From positions 15,748,001-15,812,000 of the forward strand of contig OZ059900.1 in the NCBI GenBank assembly GCA_964057225.1: a stretch of 64,000 nt of DNA, written 5' to 3'. Every line of letters starts with the position of its first letter. Position 1 is the stretch's first letter. Positions 1 through 12,300 of the stretch are shown here, in pieces. The position numbers were made by a program, and so were the translations under genes. The DNA comes from Auanema rhodensis. Taxonomy: Eukaryota > Animalia > Nematoda. Below the pieces are notes generated by a model. It saw only the letters and a program-made list of their open reading frames with translations. It did not search any database and was not told the DNA's origin.

Positions 1-342
1 ACTCATGCAATGTCAATGAAACCTAGCTCAAAATTGTTCCTACAACGTCTAATTCCACTTTCACGACAAAAAAACCGGGGTTAGAAAATTAAGGAAATTA
101 GCATATTCTGAGGGCACGCCCCTTATGGCTAATATTGATTAAATCGATTTTTGTTCATATGAGTCGTCAAATGCAACGAATTTCAGCGTGTTACATACTA
201 AAATGAAGCATTTCACATGCTGAACACTAGAAAAATACAAAAACACAGTATTTCCCATGAGAAATATTTTATTATGCTGGAAAACCAGTTTTTGGAAATT
301 TCGCTGTAAACAAGGTTTTGACTTACGATTTCATGTGTTCAA
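1..342 (+). repeat. Representative monomer (arbitrary phase set by the window start)
   Basis: Position 343 restarts the same sequence. The monomer has an A7 tract (68-74), GGGCACGCCCC (112-122), palindromes AAATCGATTT (141-150) and TCATATGA (155-162), an 18-bp-arm imperfect inverted repeat (182-199/207-224), quasi-palindrome TATTTCCCATGAGAAATA (249-266) and CTGG-AAAA-CCAG (277-288). Confidence 0.97.
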
Positions 343-3300
343 ACTCATGCAATGTCAATGAAACCTAGCTCAAAATTGTTCCTACAACGTCTAGTTCCAC
401 TTTCACGACAAAAAAACAGGGGTTAGAAAATTAAGGAAATTAGCATATTCTGAGGGCACGCCCCTTATGGCTAATATTGATTAAATCGATTTTTGTTCAT
501 ATGAGTAGTCAAATGCAACGAATTTCAGCGTGTTACATACTAAAATGAAGCATTTCACATGCTGAACACTAGAAAAATACAAAAACACAGTATTTCCCTT
601 GAGAAATATTTTATTATGCTGGAAAACCAGTTTTTGGAAATTTCGCTGTAAACAAGGTTTTGACTTACGATTTCATGTGTTCAAACTCATGCAATGTCAA
701 TGAAACCTAGCTCAAAATTGTTCCTACAACGTCTAGTTCCACTTTCACGACAAAAAAACAGGGGTTAGAAAATTAAGGAAATTAGCATATTCTGAGGGCA
801 CGCCCCTTATGGCTAATATTGATTAAATCGATTTTTGTTCATATGAGTAGTCAAATGCAACGAATTTCATCGTGTTACATACTAAAATGAAGCATTTTAC
901 ATGCTGAACACTGGAAAAATACAAAAACACAGTATTTCCCATGAGAAATATTTTATTATGCTGGAAAACCAGTTTTTGGAAATTTCGCTGTAAACAAGGT
1001 TTTGACTTACGATTTCATGTGTTCAAACTCATGCAATGTCAATGAAACCTAGCTCAAAATTGTTCCTACAACGTCTAGTTCCACTTTCACGACAAAAAAA
1101 CCGGGGTTAGAAAATTAAGGAAATTAGCATATTCTGAGGGCACGCCCCTTATGGCTAATATTGATTAAATCGATTTTTGTTCATATGAGTCGTCAAATGC
1201 AACGAATTTCAGCGTGTTACATACTAAAATGAAGCATTTTACATGCTGAACACTAGAAAAAAACAAAAACACAGTATTTCTCATGAGAAATATTTTATTA
1301 TGCTGGAAAACCAGTTTTTGGAAATTTCGCTGTAAACAAGGTTTTGACTTACGATTTCATGTGTTCAAAGTCATGCAATGTCAATGAAACCTAGCTCAAA
1401 ATTGTTTGTACAACGTCTAGTTCCACTTTCACGACAAAAAAACAGGGGTTAGAAAATTAAGGAAATTAGCATATTCTGAGGGCACGCCCCTTATGGCTAA
1501 TATTGATTAAATCGATTTTTGTTCATATGAGTAGTCAAATGCAACGAATTTCAGCGTGTTACATACTAAAATGAAGCATTTTACATGCTGAACACTAGAA
1601 AAATACAAAAACACAGTATTTCCCATGAGAAATATTTTATTATGCTGGAAAACCAGTTTTTGGAAATTTCGCTGTAAACAAGGTTTTGACTTACGATTTC
1701 ATGTGTTCAAACTCATGCAATGTCAATGAAACCTAGCTCAAAATTGTTCCTACAACGTCTAGTTCCACTTTCACGACAAAAAAACAGGGGTTAGAAAATT
1801 AAGGAAATTAGCATATTCTGAGGGCACGCCCCTTATGGCTAATATTGATTAAATCGATTTTTGTTCATATGAGTAGTCAAATGCAACGAATTTCAGCGTG
1901 TTACATACTAAAATGAAGCATTTTACATGCTGAACACTAGAAAAATACAAAAACACAGTATTTCCCATGAGAAATATTTTATTATGCTGGAAAACCAGTT
2001 TTTGGAAATTTCGCTGTAAACAAGGTTTTGACTTACGATTTCATGTGTTCAAACTCATGCAATGTCAATGAAACCTAGCTCAAAATTGTTCCTACAACGT
2101 CTAATTCCACTTTCACGACAAAAAAACCGGGGTTAGAAAATTAAGGAAATTAGCATATTCTGAGGGCACGCCCCTTATGGCTAATATTGATTAAATCGAT
2201 TTTTGTTCATATGAGTCGTCAAATGCAACGAATTTCAGCGTGTTACATACTAAAATGAAACATTTTACATGCTGAACACTAGAAAAATACAAAAACACAG
2301 TATTTCCCATGAGAAATATTTTATTATGCTGGAAAACCAGTTTTTGGAAATTTCGCTGTAAACAAGGTTTTGACTTACGATTTCATGTGTTCAAACTCAT
2401 GCAATGTCAATGAAACCTAGCTCAAAATTGTTCCTACAACGTCTAGTTCCACTTTCACGACAAAAAAACAGGGGTTAGAAAATTAAGGAAATTAGCATAT
2501 TCTGAGGGCACGCCCCTTATGGCTAATATTGATTAAATCGATTTTTGTTCATATGAGTAGTCAAATGCAACGAATTTCAGCGTGTTACATACTAAAATGA
2601 AGCATTTCACATGCTGAACACTAGAAAAATACAAAAACACAGTATTTCCCATGAGAAATATTTTATTATGCTGGAAAACCAGTTTTTGGAAATTTCGCTG
2701 TAAACAAGGTTTTGACTTACGATTTCATGTGTTCAAACTCATGCAATGTCAATGAAACCTAGCTCAAAACTGTTCCTACAACGTCTAGTTCCACTTTCAC
2801 GACAAAAAAACAGGGGTTAGAAAATTAAGGAAATTAGCATATTCTGAGGGCACGCCCCTTATGGCTAATATTGATTAAATCGATTTTTGTTCATATGAGT
2901 AGTCAAATGCAACGAATTTCAGCGTGTTACATACTAAAATGAAGCATTTTACATGCTGAACACTAGAAAAATACAAAAACACAGTATTTCCCATGAGAAA
3001 TATTTTATTATGCTGGAAAACCAGTTTTTGGAAATTTCGCTGTAAACAAGGTTTTGACTTACGATTTCATGTGTTCAAACTCATGCAATGTCAATGAAAC
3101 CTAGCTCAAAATTGTTCCTACAACGTCTAGTTCCACTTTCACGACAAAAAAACCGGGGTTAGAAAATTAAGGAAATTAGCATATTCTGAGGGCACGCCCC
3201 TTATGGCTAATATTGATTAAATCGATTTTTGTTCATATGAGTCGTCAAATGCAACGAATTTCAGCGTGTTACATACTAAAATGAAGCATTTTACATGCTG

Positions 3301-6300
3301 AACACTAGAAAAATACAAAAACACAGTATTTCTCATGAGAAATATTTTATTATGCTGGAAAACCAGTTTTTGGAAATTTCGCTGTAAACAAGGTTTTGAC
3401 TTACGATTTCATGTGTTCAAAGTCATGCAATGTCAATGAAACCTAGCTCAAAATTGTTTGTACAACGTCTAGTTCCACTTTCACGACAAAAAAACAGGGG
3501 TTAGAAAATTAAGGAAATTAGCATATTCTGAGGGCACGCCCCTTATGGCTAATATTGATTAAATCGATTTTTGTTCATATGAGTAGTCAAATGCAACGAA
3601 TTTCAGCGTGTTACATACTAAAATGAAGCATTTTACATGCTGAACACTAGAAAAATACAAAAACACAGTATTTCCCATGAGAAATATTTTATTATGCTGG
3701 AAAACCAGTTTTTGGAAATTTCGCTGTAAACAAGGTTTTGACTTACGATTTCATGTGTTCAAACTCATGCAATGTCAATGAAACCTAGCTCAAAATTGTT
3801 CCTACAACGTCTAATTCCACTTTCACGACAAAAAAACCGGGGTTAGAAAATTAAGGAAATTAGCATATTCTGAGGGCACGCCCCTTATGGCTAATATTGA
3901 TTAAATCGATTTTTGTTCATATGAGTCGTCAAATGCAACGAATTTCAGCGTGTTACATACTAAAATGAAGCATTTCACATGCTGAACACTAGAAAAATAC
4001 AAAAACACAGTATTTCCCATGAGAAATATTTTATTATGCTGGAAAACCAGTTTTTGGAAATTTCGCTGTAAACAAGGTTTTGACTTACGATTTCATGTGT
4101 TCAAACTCATGAAATGTCAATGAAACCTAGCTCAAAATTGTTTGTACAACGTCTAGTTCCACTTTCACGACAAAAAAACAGGGGTTAGAAAATTAAGGAA
4201 ATTAGCATATTCTGAGGGCACGCCCCTTATGGCTAATATTGATTAAATCGATTTTTGTTCATATGAGTAGTCAAATGCAACGAATTTCAGCGTGTTACAT
4301 ACTAAAATGAAGCATTTCACATGCTGAACACTAGAAAAATACAAAAACACAGTATTTCCCATGAGAAATATTTTATTATGCTGGAAAACCAGTTTTTGGA
4401 AATTTCGCTGTAAACAAGGTTTTGACTTACGATTTCATGTGTTCAAACTCATGCAATGTCAATGAAACCTAGCTCAAAATTGTTCCTACAACGTCTAATT
4501 CCACTTTCACGACAAAAAAACCGGGGTTAGAAAATTAAGGAAATTAGCATATTCTGAGGGCACGCCCCTTATGGCTAATATTGATTAAATCGATTTTTGT
4601 TCATATGAGTCGTCAAATGCAACGAATTTCAGCGTGTTACATACTAAAATGAAGCATTTCACATGCTGAACACTAGAAAAATACAAAAACACAGTATTTC
4701 CCATGAGAAATATTTTATTATGCTGGAAAACCAGTTTTTGGAAATTTCGCTGTAAACAAGGTTTTGACTTACGATTTCATGTGTTCAAACTCATGCAATG
4801 TCAATGAAACCTAGCTCAAAATTGTTCCTACAACGTCTAGTTCCACTTTCACGACAAAAAAACAGGGGTTAGAAAATTAAGGAAATTAGCATATTCTGAG
4901 GGCACGCCCCTTATGGCTAATATTGATTAAATCGATTTTTGTTCATATGAGTCGTCAAATGCAACGAATTTCAGCGTGTTACATACTAAAATGAAGCATT
5001 TTACATGCTGAACACTAGAAAAATACAAAAACACAGTATTTCCCATGAGAAATATTTTATTATGCTGGAAAACCAGTTTTTGGAAATTTCGCTGTAAACA
5101 AGGTTTTGACTTACGATTTCATGTGTTCAAACTCATGCAATGTCAATGAAACCTAGCTCAAAATTGTTCCTACAACGTCTAGTTCCACTTTCACGACAAA
5201 AAAACAGGGGTTAGAAAATTAATGAAATTAGCATATTCTGAGGGCACGCCCCTTATGGCTAATATTGATTAAATCGATTTTTGTTCATATGAGTCGTCAA
5301 ATGCAACGAATTTCATCGTGTTACATACTAAAACGAAGCATTTTACATGCTGAACACTAGAAAAATACAAAAACACAGTATTTCTCATGAGAAATATTTT
5401 ATTATGCTGGAAAACCAGTTTTTGGAAATTTCGCTGTAAACAAGGTTTTGACTTACGATTTCATGTGTTCAAACTCATGCAATGTCAATGAAACCTAGCT
5501 CAAAATTGTTCATACAACGTCTGTTTCCACTTTCACGACAAAAAAACAGGGGTTAGAAAATTAAGGAAATTAGCATATTCTGAGGGCACGCCCCTTATGG
5601 CTAATATTGATTAAATCGATTTTTGTTCATATGAGTCGTCAAATGCAACGAATTTCAGCGTGTTACATACTAAAATGAAGCATTTCACATGCTGAACACT
5701 AGAAAAATACAAAAACACAGTATTTCCCATGAGAAATATTTTATTATGCTGGAAAACCAGTTTTTGGAAATTTCGCTGTAAACAAGGTTTTGACTTATGA
5801 TTTCATGTGTTCAAACTCATGCAATGTCAATGAAACCTAGCTCAAAATTGTTCCTACAACGTCTAGTTCCACTTTCACGACAAAAAAACAGGGGTTAGAA
5901 AATTAAGGAAATTAGCATATTCTGAGGGCACGCCCCTTATGGCTAATATTGATTAAATCGATTTTTGTTCATATGAGTCGTCAAATGCAACGAATTTCAG
6001 CGTGTTACATACTAAAATGAAGCATTTTACATGCTGAACACTAGAAAAATACAAAAACACAGTATTTCTCATGAGAAATATTTTATTATGCTGGAAAACC
6101 AGTTTTTGGAAATTTCGCTGTAAACAAGGTTTTGACTTACGATTTCATGTGTTCAAACTCATGCAATGTCAATGAAACCTAGCTCAAAATTGTTTGTACA
6201 ACGTCTAGTTCCACTTTCACGACAAAAAAACAGGGGTTAGAAAATTAAGGAAATTAGCATATTCTGAGGGCACGCCCCTTATGGCTAATATTGATTAAAT

Positions 6301-9300
6301 CGATTTTTGTTCATATGAGTCGTCAAATGCAACAAATTTCAGCGTGTTACATACTAAAATGAAGCATTTTACATGCTGAACACTAGAAAAATACAAAAAC
6401 ACAGTATTTCCCATGAGAAATATTTTATTATGCTGGAAAACCAGTTTTTGGAAATTTCGCTGTAAACAAGGTTTTGACTTACGATTTCATGTGTTCAAAC
6501 TCATGCAATGTCAATGAAACCTAGCTCAAAATTGTTCCTACAACGTCTAGTTCCACTTTCACGACAAAAAAACAGGGGTTAGAAAATTAATGAAATTAGC
6601 ATATTCTGAGGGCACGCCCCTTATGGCTAATATTGATTAAATCGATTTTTGTTCATATGAGTCGTCAAATGCAACGAATTTCATCGTGTTACATACTAAA
6701 ATGAAGCATTTTACATGCTGAACACTAGAAAAATACAAAAACACAGTATTTCTCATGAGAAATATTTTATTATGCTGGAAAACCAGTTTTTGGAAATTTC
6801 GCTGTAAACAAGGTTTTGACTTACGATTTCATGTGTTCAAACTCATGCAATGTCAATGAAACCTAGCTCAAAATTGTTTGTACAACGTCTAGTTCCACTT
6901 TCACGACAAAAAAACAGGGGTTAGAAAATTAAGGAAATTAGCATATTCTGAGGGCACGCCCCTTATGGCTAATATTGATTAAATCGATTTTTGTTCATAT
7001 GAGTAGTCAAATGCAACGAATTTCAGCGTGTTACATACTAAAATGAAGCATTTTACATGCTGAACACTAGAAAAATACAAAAACACAGTATTTCCCATGA
7101 GAAATATTTTATTATGCTGGAAAACCAGTTTTTGGAAATTTCGCTGTAAACAAGGTTTTGACTTACGATTTCATGTGTTCAAACTCATGCAATGTCAATG
7201 AAACCTAGCTCAAAATTGTTCCTACAACGTCTAGTTCCACTTTCACGACAAAAAAACAGGGGTTAGAAAATTAATGAAATTAGCATATTCTGAGGGCACG
7301 CCCCTTATGGCTAATATTGATTAAATCGATTTTTGTTCATATGAGTCGTCAAATGCAACGAATTTCATCGTGTTACATACTAAAATGAAGCATTTTACAT
7401 GCTGAACACTAGAAAAATACAAAAACACAGTATTTCCCATGAGAAATATTTTATTATGCTGGAAAACCAGTTTTTGGAAATTTCGCTGTAAACAAGGTTT
7501 TGACTTACGATTTCATGTGTTCAAACTCATGCAATGTCAATGAAACCTAGCTCAAAATTGTTCCTACAACGTCTAATTCCACTTTCACGACAAAAAAACC
7601 GGGGTTAGAAAATTAAGGAAATTAGCATATTCTGAGGGCACGCCCCTTATGGCTAATATTGATTAAATCGATTTTTGTTCATATGAGTCGTCAAATGCAA
7701 CGAATTTCAGCGTGTTACATACTAAAATGAAGCATTTTACATGCTGAACACTATAAAAATACAAAAACACAGTATTTCCCATGAGAAATATTTTATTATG
7801 CTGGAAAACCAGTTTTTGGAAATTTCGCTGTAAACAAGGTTTTGACTTACGATTTCATGCGTTCAAACTCATGCAATGTCAATGAAACCTAGCTCAAAAT
7901 TGTTCCTACAACGTCTAATTCCACTTTCACGACAAAAAAACAGGGGTTAGAAAATTAAGGAAATTAGCATATTCTGAGGGCACGCCCCTTATGGCTAATA
8001 TTGATTAAATCGATTTTTGTTCATATGAGTCGTCAAATGCAACGAATTTCATCGTGTTACATACTAAAATGAAGCATTTTACATGCTGAACACTAGAAAA
8101 ATACAAAAACACAGTATTTCTCATGAGAAATATTTTATTATGCTGGAAAACCAGTTTTTGGAAATTTCGCTGTAAACAAGGTTTTGACTTACGATTTCAT
8201 GTGTTCAAACTCATGCAATGTCAATGAAACCTAGCTCAAAATTGTTCCTACAACGTCTAGTTCCACTTTCACGACAAAAAAACAGGGGTTAGAAAATTAA
8301 TGAAATTAGCATATTCTGAGGGCACGCCCCTTATGGCTAATATTGATTAAATCGATTTTTGTTCATATGAGTCGTCAAATGCAACGAATTTCATCGTGTT
8401 ACATACTAAAATGAAGCATTTTACATGCTGAACACTAGAAAAATACAAAAACACAGTATTTCCCATGAGAAATATTTTATTATGCTGGAAAACCAGTTTT
8501 TGGAAATTTCGCTGTAAACAAGGTTTTGACTTACGATTTCATGTGTTCAAACTCATGCAATGTCAATGAAACCTAGCTCAAAATTGTTCCTACAACGTCT
8601 AATTCCACTTTCACGACAAAAAAACCGGGGTTAGAAAATTAAGGAAATTAGCATATTCTGAGGGCACGCCCCTTATGGCTAATATTGATTAAATCGATTT
8701 TTGTTCATATGAGTCGTCAAATGCAACGAATTTCAGCGTGTTACATACTAAAATGAAGCATTTTACATGCTGAACACTATAAAAATACAAAAACACAGTA
8801 TTTCCCATGAGAAATATTTTATTATGCTGGAAAACCAGTTTTTGGAAATTTCGCTGTAAACAAGGTTTTGACTTACGATTTCATGCGTTCAAACTCATGC
8901 AATGTCAATGAAACCTAGCTCAAAATTGTTCCTACAACGTCTAATTCCACTTTCACGACAAAAAAACAGGGGTTAGAAAATTAAGGAAATTAGCATATTC
9001 TGAGGGCACGCCCCTTATGGCTAATATTGATTAAATCGATTTTTGTTCATATGAGTCGTCAAATGCAACGAATTTCAGCGTGTTACATACTAAAATGAAG
9101 CATTTTACATGCTGAACACTAGAAAAATACAAAAACACAGTATTTCCCATGAGAAATATTTTATTATGCTGGAAAACCAGTTTTTGGAAATTTCGCTGTA
9201 AACAAGGTTTTGACTTACGATTTCATGTGTTCAAACTCATGCAATGTCAATGAAACCTAGCTCAAAATTGTTCCTACAACGTCTAGTTCCACTTTCACGA

Positions 9301-12300
9301 CAAAAAAACAGGGGTTAGAAAATTAAGGAAATTAGCATATTCTGAGGGCACGCCCCTTATGGCTAATATTGATTAAATCGATTTTTGTTCATATGAGTCG
9401 TCAAATGCAACGAATTTCAGCGTGTTACATACTTAAATGAAACATTTTACATGCTGAACACTAGAAAAATGCAAAAACACAGTATTTCCCATGAGAAATA
9501 TTTTATTATGCTGGAAAACCAGTTTTTGGAAATTTCGCTGTAAACAAGGTTTTGACTTACGATTTCATGTGTTCAAACTCATGCAATGTCAATGAAACCT
9601 AGCTCAAAATTGTTCCTACAACGTCTAATTCCACTTTCACGACAAAAAAACCGGGGTTAGAAAATTAAGGAAATTAGCATATTCTGAGGGCACGCCCCTT
9701 ATGGCTAATATTGATTAAATCGATTTTTGTTCATATGAGTCGTCAAATGCAACGAATTTCAGCGTGTTACATACTAAAATGAAGCATTTCACATGCTGAA
9801 CACTAGAAAAATACAAAAACACAGTATTTCCCATGAGAAATATTTTATTATGCTGGAAAACCAGTTTTTGGAAATTTCGCTGTAAACAAGGTTTTGACTT
9901 ACGATTTCATGTGTTCAAACTCATGCAATGTCAATGAAACCTAGCTCAAAATTGTTCCTACAACGTCTAGTTCCACTTTCACGACAAAAAAACAGGGGTT
10001 AGAAAATTAAGGAAATTAGCATATTCTGAGGGCACGCCCCTTATGGCTAATATTGATTAAATCGATTTTTGTTCATATAAGTAGTCAAATGCAACGAATT
10101 TCAGCGTGTTACATACTAAAATGAAGCATTTCACATGCTGAACACTAGAAAAATACAAAAACACAGTATTTCCCTTGAGAAATATTTTATTATGCTGGAA
10201 AACCAGTTTTTGGAAATTTCGCTGTAAACAAGGTTTTGACTTACGATTTCATGTGTTCAAACTCATGCAATGTCAATGAAACCTAGCTCAAAATTGTTCC
10301 TACAACGTCTAGTTCCACTTTCACGACAAAAAAACCGGGGTTAGAAAATTAAGGAAATTAGCATATTCTGAGGGCACGCCCCTTATGGCTAATATTGATT
10401 AAATCGATTTTTGTTCATATGAGTAGTCAAATGCAACGAATTTCATCGTGTTACATACTAAAATGAAGCATTTTACATGCTGAACACTAGAAAAATACAA
10501 AAACACAGTATTTCCCATGAGAAATATTTTATTATGCTGGAAAACCAGTTTTTGGAAATTTCGCTGTAAACAAGGTTTTGACTTACGATTTCATGTGTTC
10601 AAACTCATGCAATGTCAATGAAACCTAGCTCAAAATTGTTCCTACAACGTCTAGTTCCACTTTCACGACAAAAAAACCGGGGTTAGAAAATTAAGGAAAT
10701 TAGCATATTCTGAGGGCACGCCCCTTATGGCTAATATTGATTAAATCGATTTTTGTTCATATGAGTCGTCAAATGCAACGAATTTCAGCGTGTTACATAC
10801 TAAAATGAAGCATTTTACATGCTGAACACTAGAAAAAAACAAAAACACAGTATTTCTCATGAGAAATATTTTATTATGCTGGAAAACCAGTTTTTGGAAA
10901 TTTCGCTGTAAACAAGGTTTTGACTTACGATTTCATGTGTTCAAAGTCATGCAATGTCAATGAAACCTAGCTCAAAATTGTTTGTACAACGTCTAGTTCC
11001 ATTTTCACGACAAAAAAACAGGGGTTAGAAAATTAAGGAAATTAGCATATTCTGAGGGCACGCCCCTTATGGCTAATATTGATTAAATCGATTTTTGTTC
11101 ATATGAGTAGTCAAATGCAACGAATTTCATCGTGTTACATACTAAAATGAAGCATTTTACATGCTGAACACTAGAAAAATACAAAAACACAGTATTTCCC
11201 ATGAGAAATATTTTATTATGCTGGAAAACCAGTTTTTGGAAATTTCGCTGTAAACAAGGTTTTGACTTACGATTTCATGTGTTCAAACTCATGCAATGTC
11301 AATGAAACCTAGCTCAAAATTGTTCCTACAACGTCTAGTTCCACTTTCACGACAAAAAAACAGGGGTTAGAAAATTAAGGAAATTAGCATATTCTGAGGG
11401 CACGCCCCTTATGGCTAATATTGATTAAATCGATTTTTGTTCATATGAGTAGTCAAATGCAACGAATTTCAGCGTGTTACATACTAAAATGAAGCATTTT
11501 ACATGCTGAACACTAGAAAAAAACAAAAACACAGTATTTCCCATGAGAAATATTTTATTATGCTGGAAAACCAGTTTTTGGAAATTTCGCTGTAAACAAG
11601 GTTTTGACTTACGATTTCATGTGTTCAAACTCATGCAATGTCAATGAAACCTAGCTCAAAATTGTTCCTACAACGTCTAATTCCACTTTCACGACAAAAA
11701 AACCGGGGTTAGAAAATTAAGGAAATTAGCATATTCTGAGGGCACGCCCCTTATGGCTAATATTGATTAAATCGATTTTTGTTCATATGAGTCGTCAAAT
11801 GCAACGAATTTCAGCGTGTTACATACTAAAATGAAGCATTTTACATGCTGAACACTATAAAAATACAAAAACACAGTATTTCCCATGAGAAATATTTTAT
11901 TATGCTGGAAAACCAGTTTTTGGAAATTTCGCTGTAAACAAGGTTTTGACTTACGATTTCATGCGTTCAAACTCATGCAATGTCAATGAAACCTAGCTCA
12001 AAATTGTTCCTACAACGTCTAATTCCACTTTCACGACAAAAAAACAGGGGTTAGAAAATTAAGGAAATTAGCATATTCTGAGGGCACGCCCCTTATGGCT
12101 AATATTGATTAAATCGATTTTTGTTCATATGAGTCGTCAAATGCAACGAATTTCAGCGTGTTACATACTAAAATGAAGCATTTTACATGCTGAACACTAG
12201 AAAAATACAAAAACACAGTATTTCCCATGAGAAATATTTTATTATGCTGGAAAACCAGTTTTTGGAAATTTCGCTGTAAACAAGGTTTTGACTTACGATT

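Noticed and set aside
77-84. Telomeric repeat (GGGGTTAG; TTTAGG variant)
   Set aside because: It is a single isolated unit per monomer, not a tandem run, and is expected by chance.
165-181. CENP-B box on the minus strand (ATTCGTTGCATTTGACG)
   Set aside because: It matches TTCG and the central A but lacks the required CGGG, giving only 6 of 9 essential bases.
1-342. Alpha-satellite dimer (2 x 171 bp) or internal half-repeat
   Set aside because: The two halves do not align by eye at a 171-bp offset, and the sequence does not resemble primate alphoid consensus. Only short scattered similarities exist (ATTTCAGCGTGTT vs ATTTCATGTGTT, 148 bp apart).
1-342. 5S rRNA, tRNA or spliced-leader gene tandem array
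   Set aside because: I recognised no 5S sequence, tRNA cloverleaf, A/B boxes or SL motif, and variants and deletions show no conserved gene-sized core.
1-342. Strictly phased A-tract curvature
   Set aside because: A and T tracts are frequent (30, 68, 85, 148, 200, 211, 231, 239, 267, 281, 289, 316), but the spacing is irregular and I cannot show 10.5-bp periodicity without computation.
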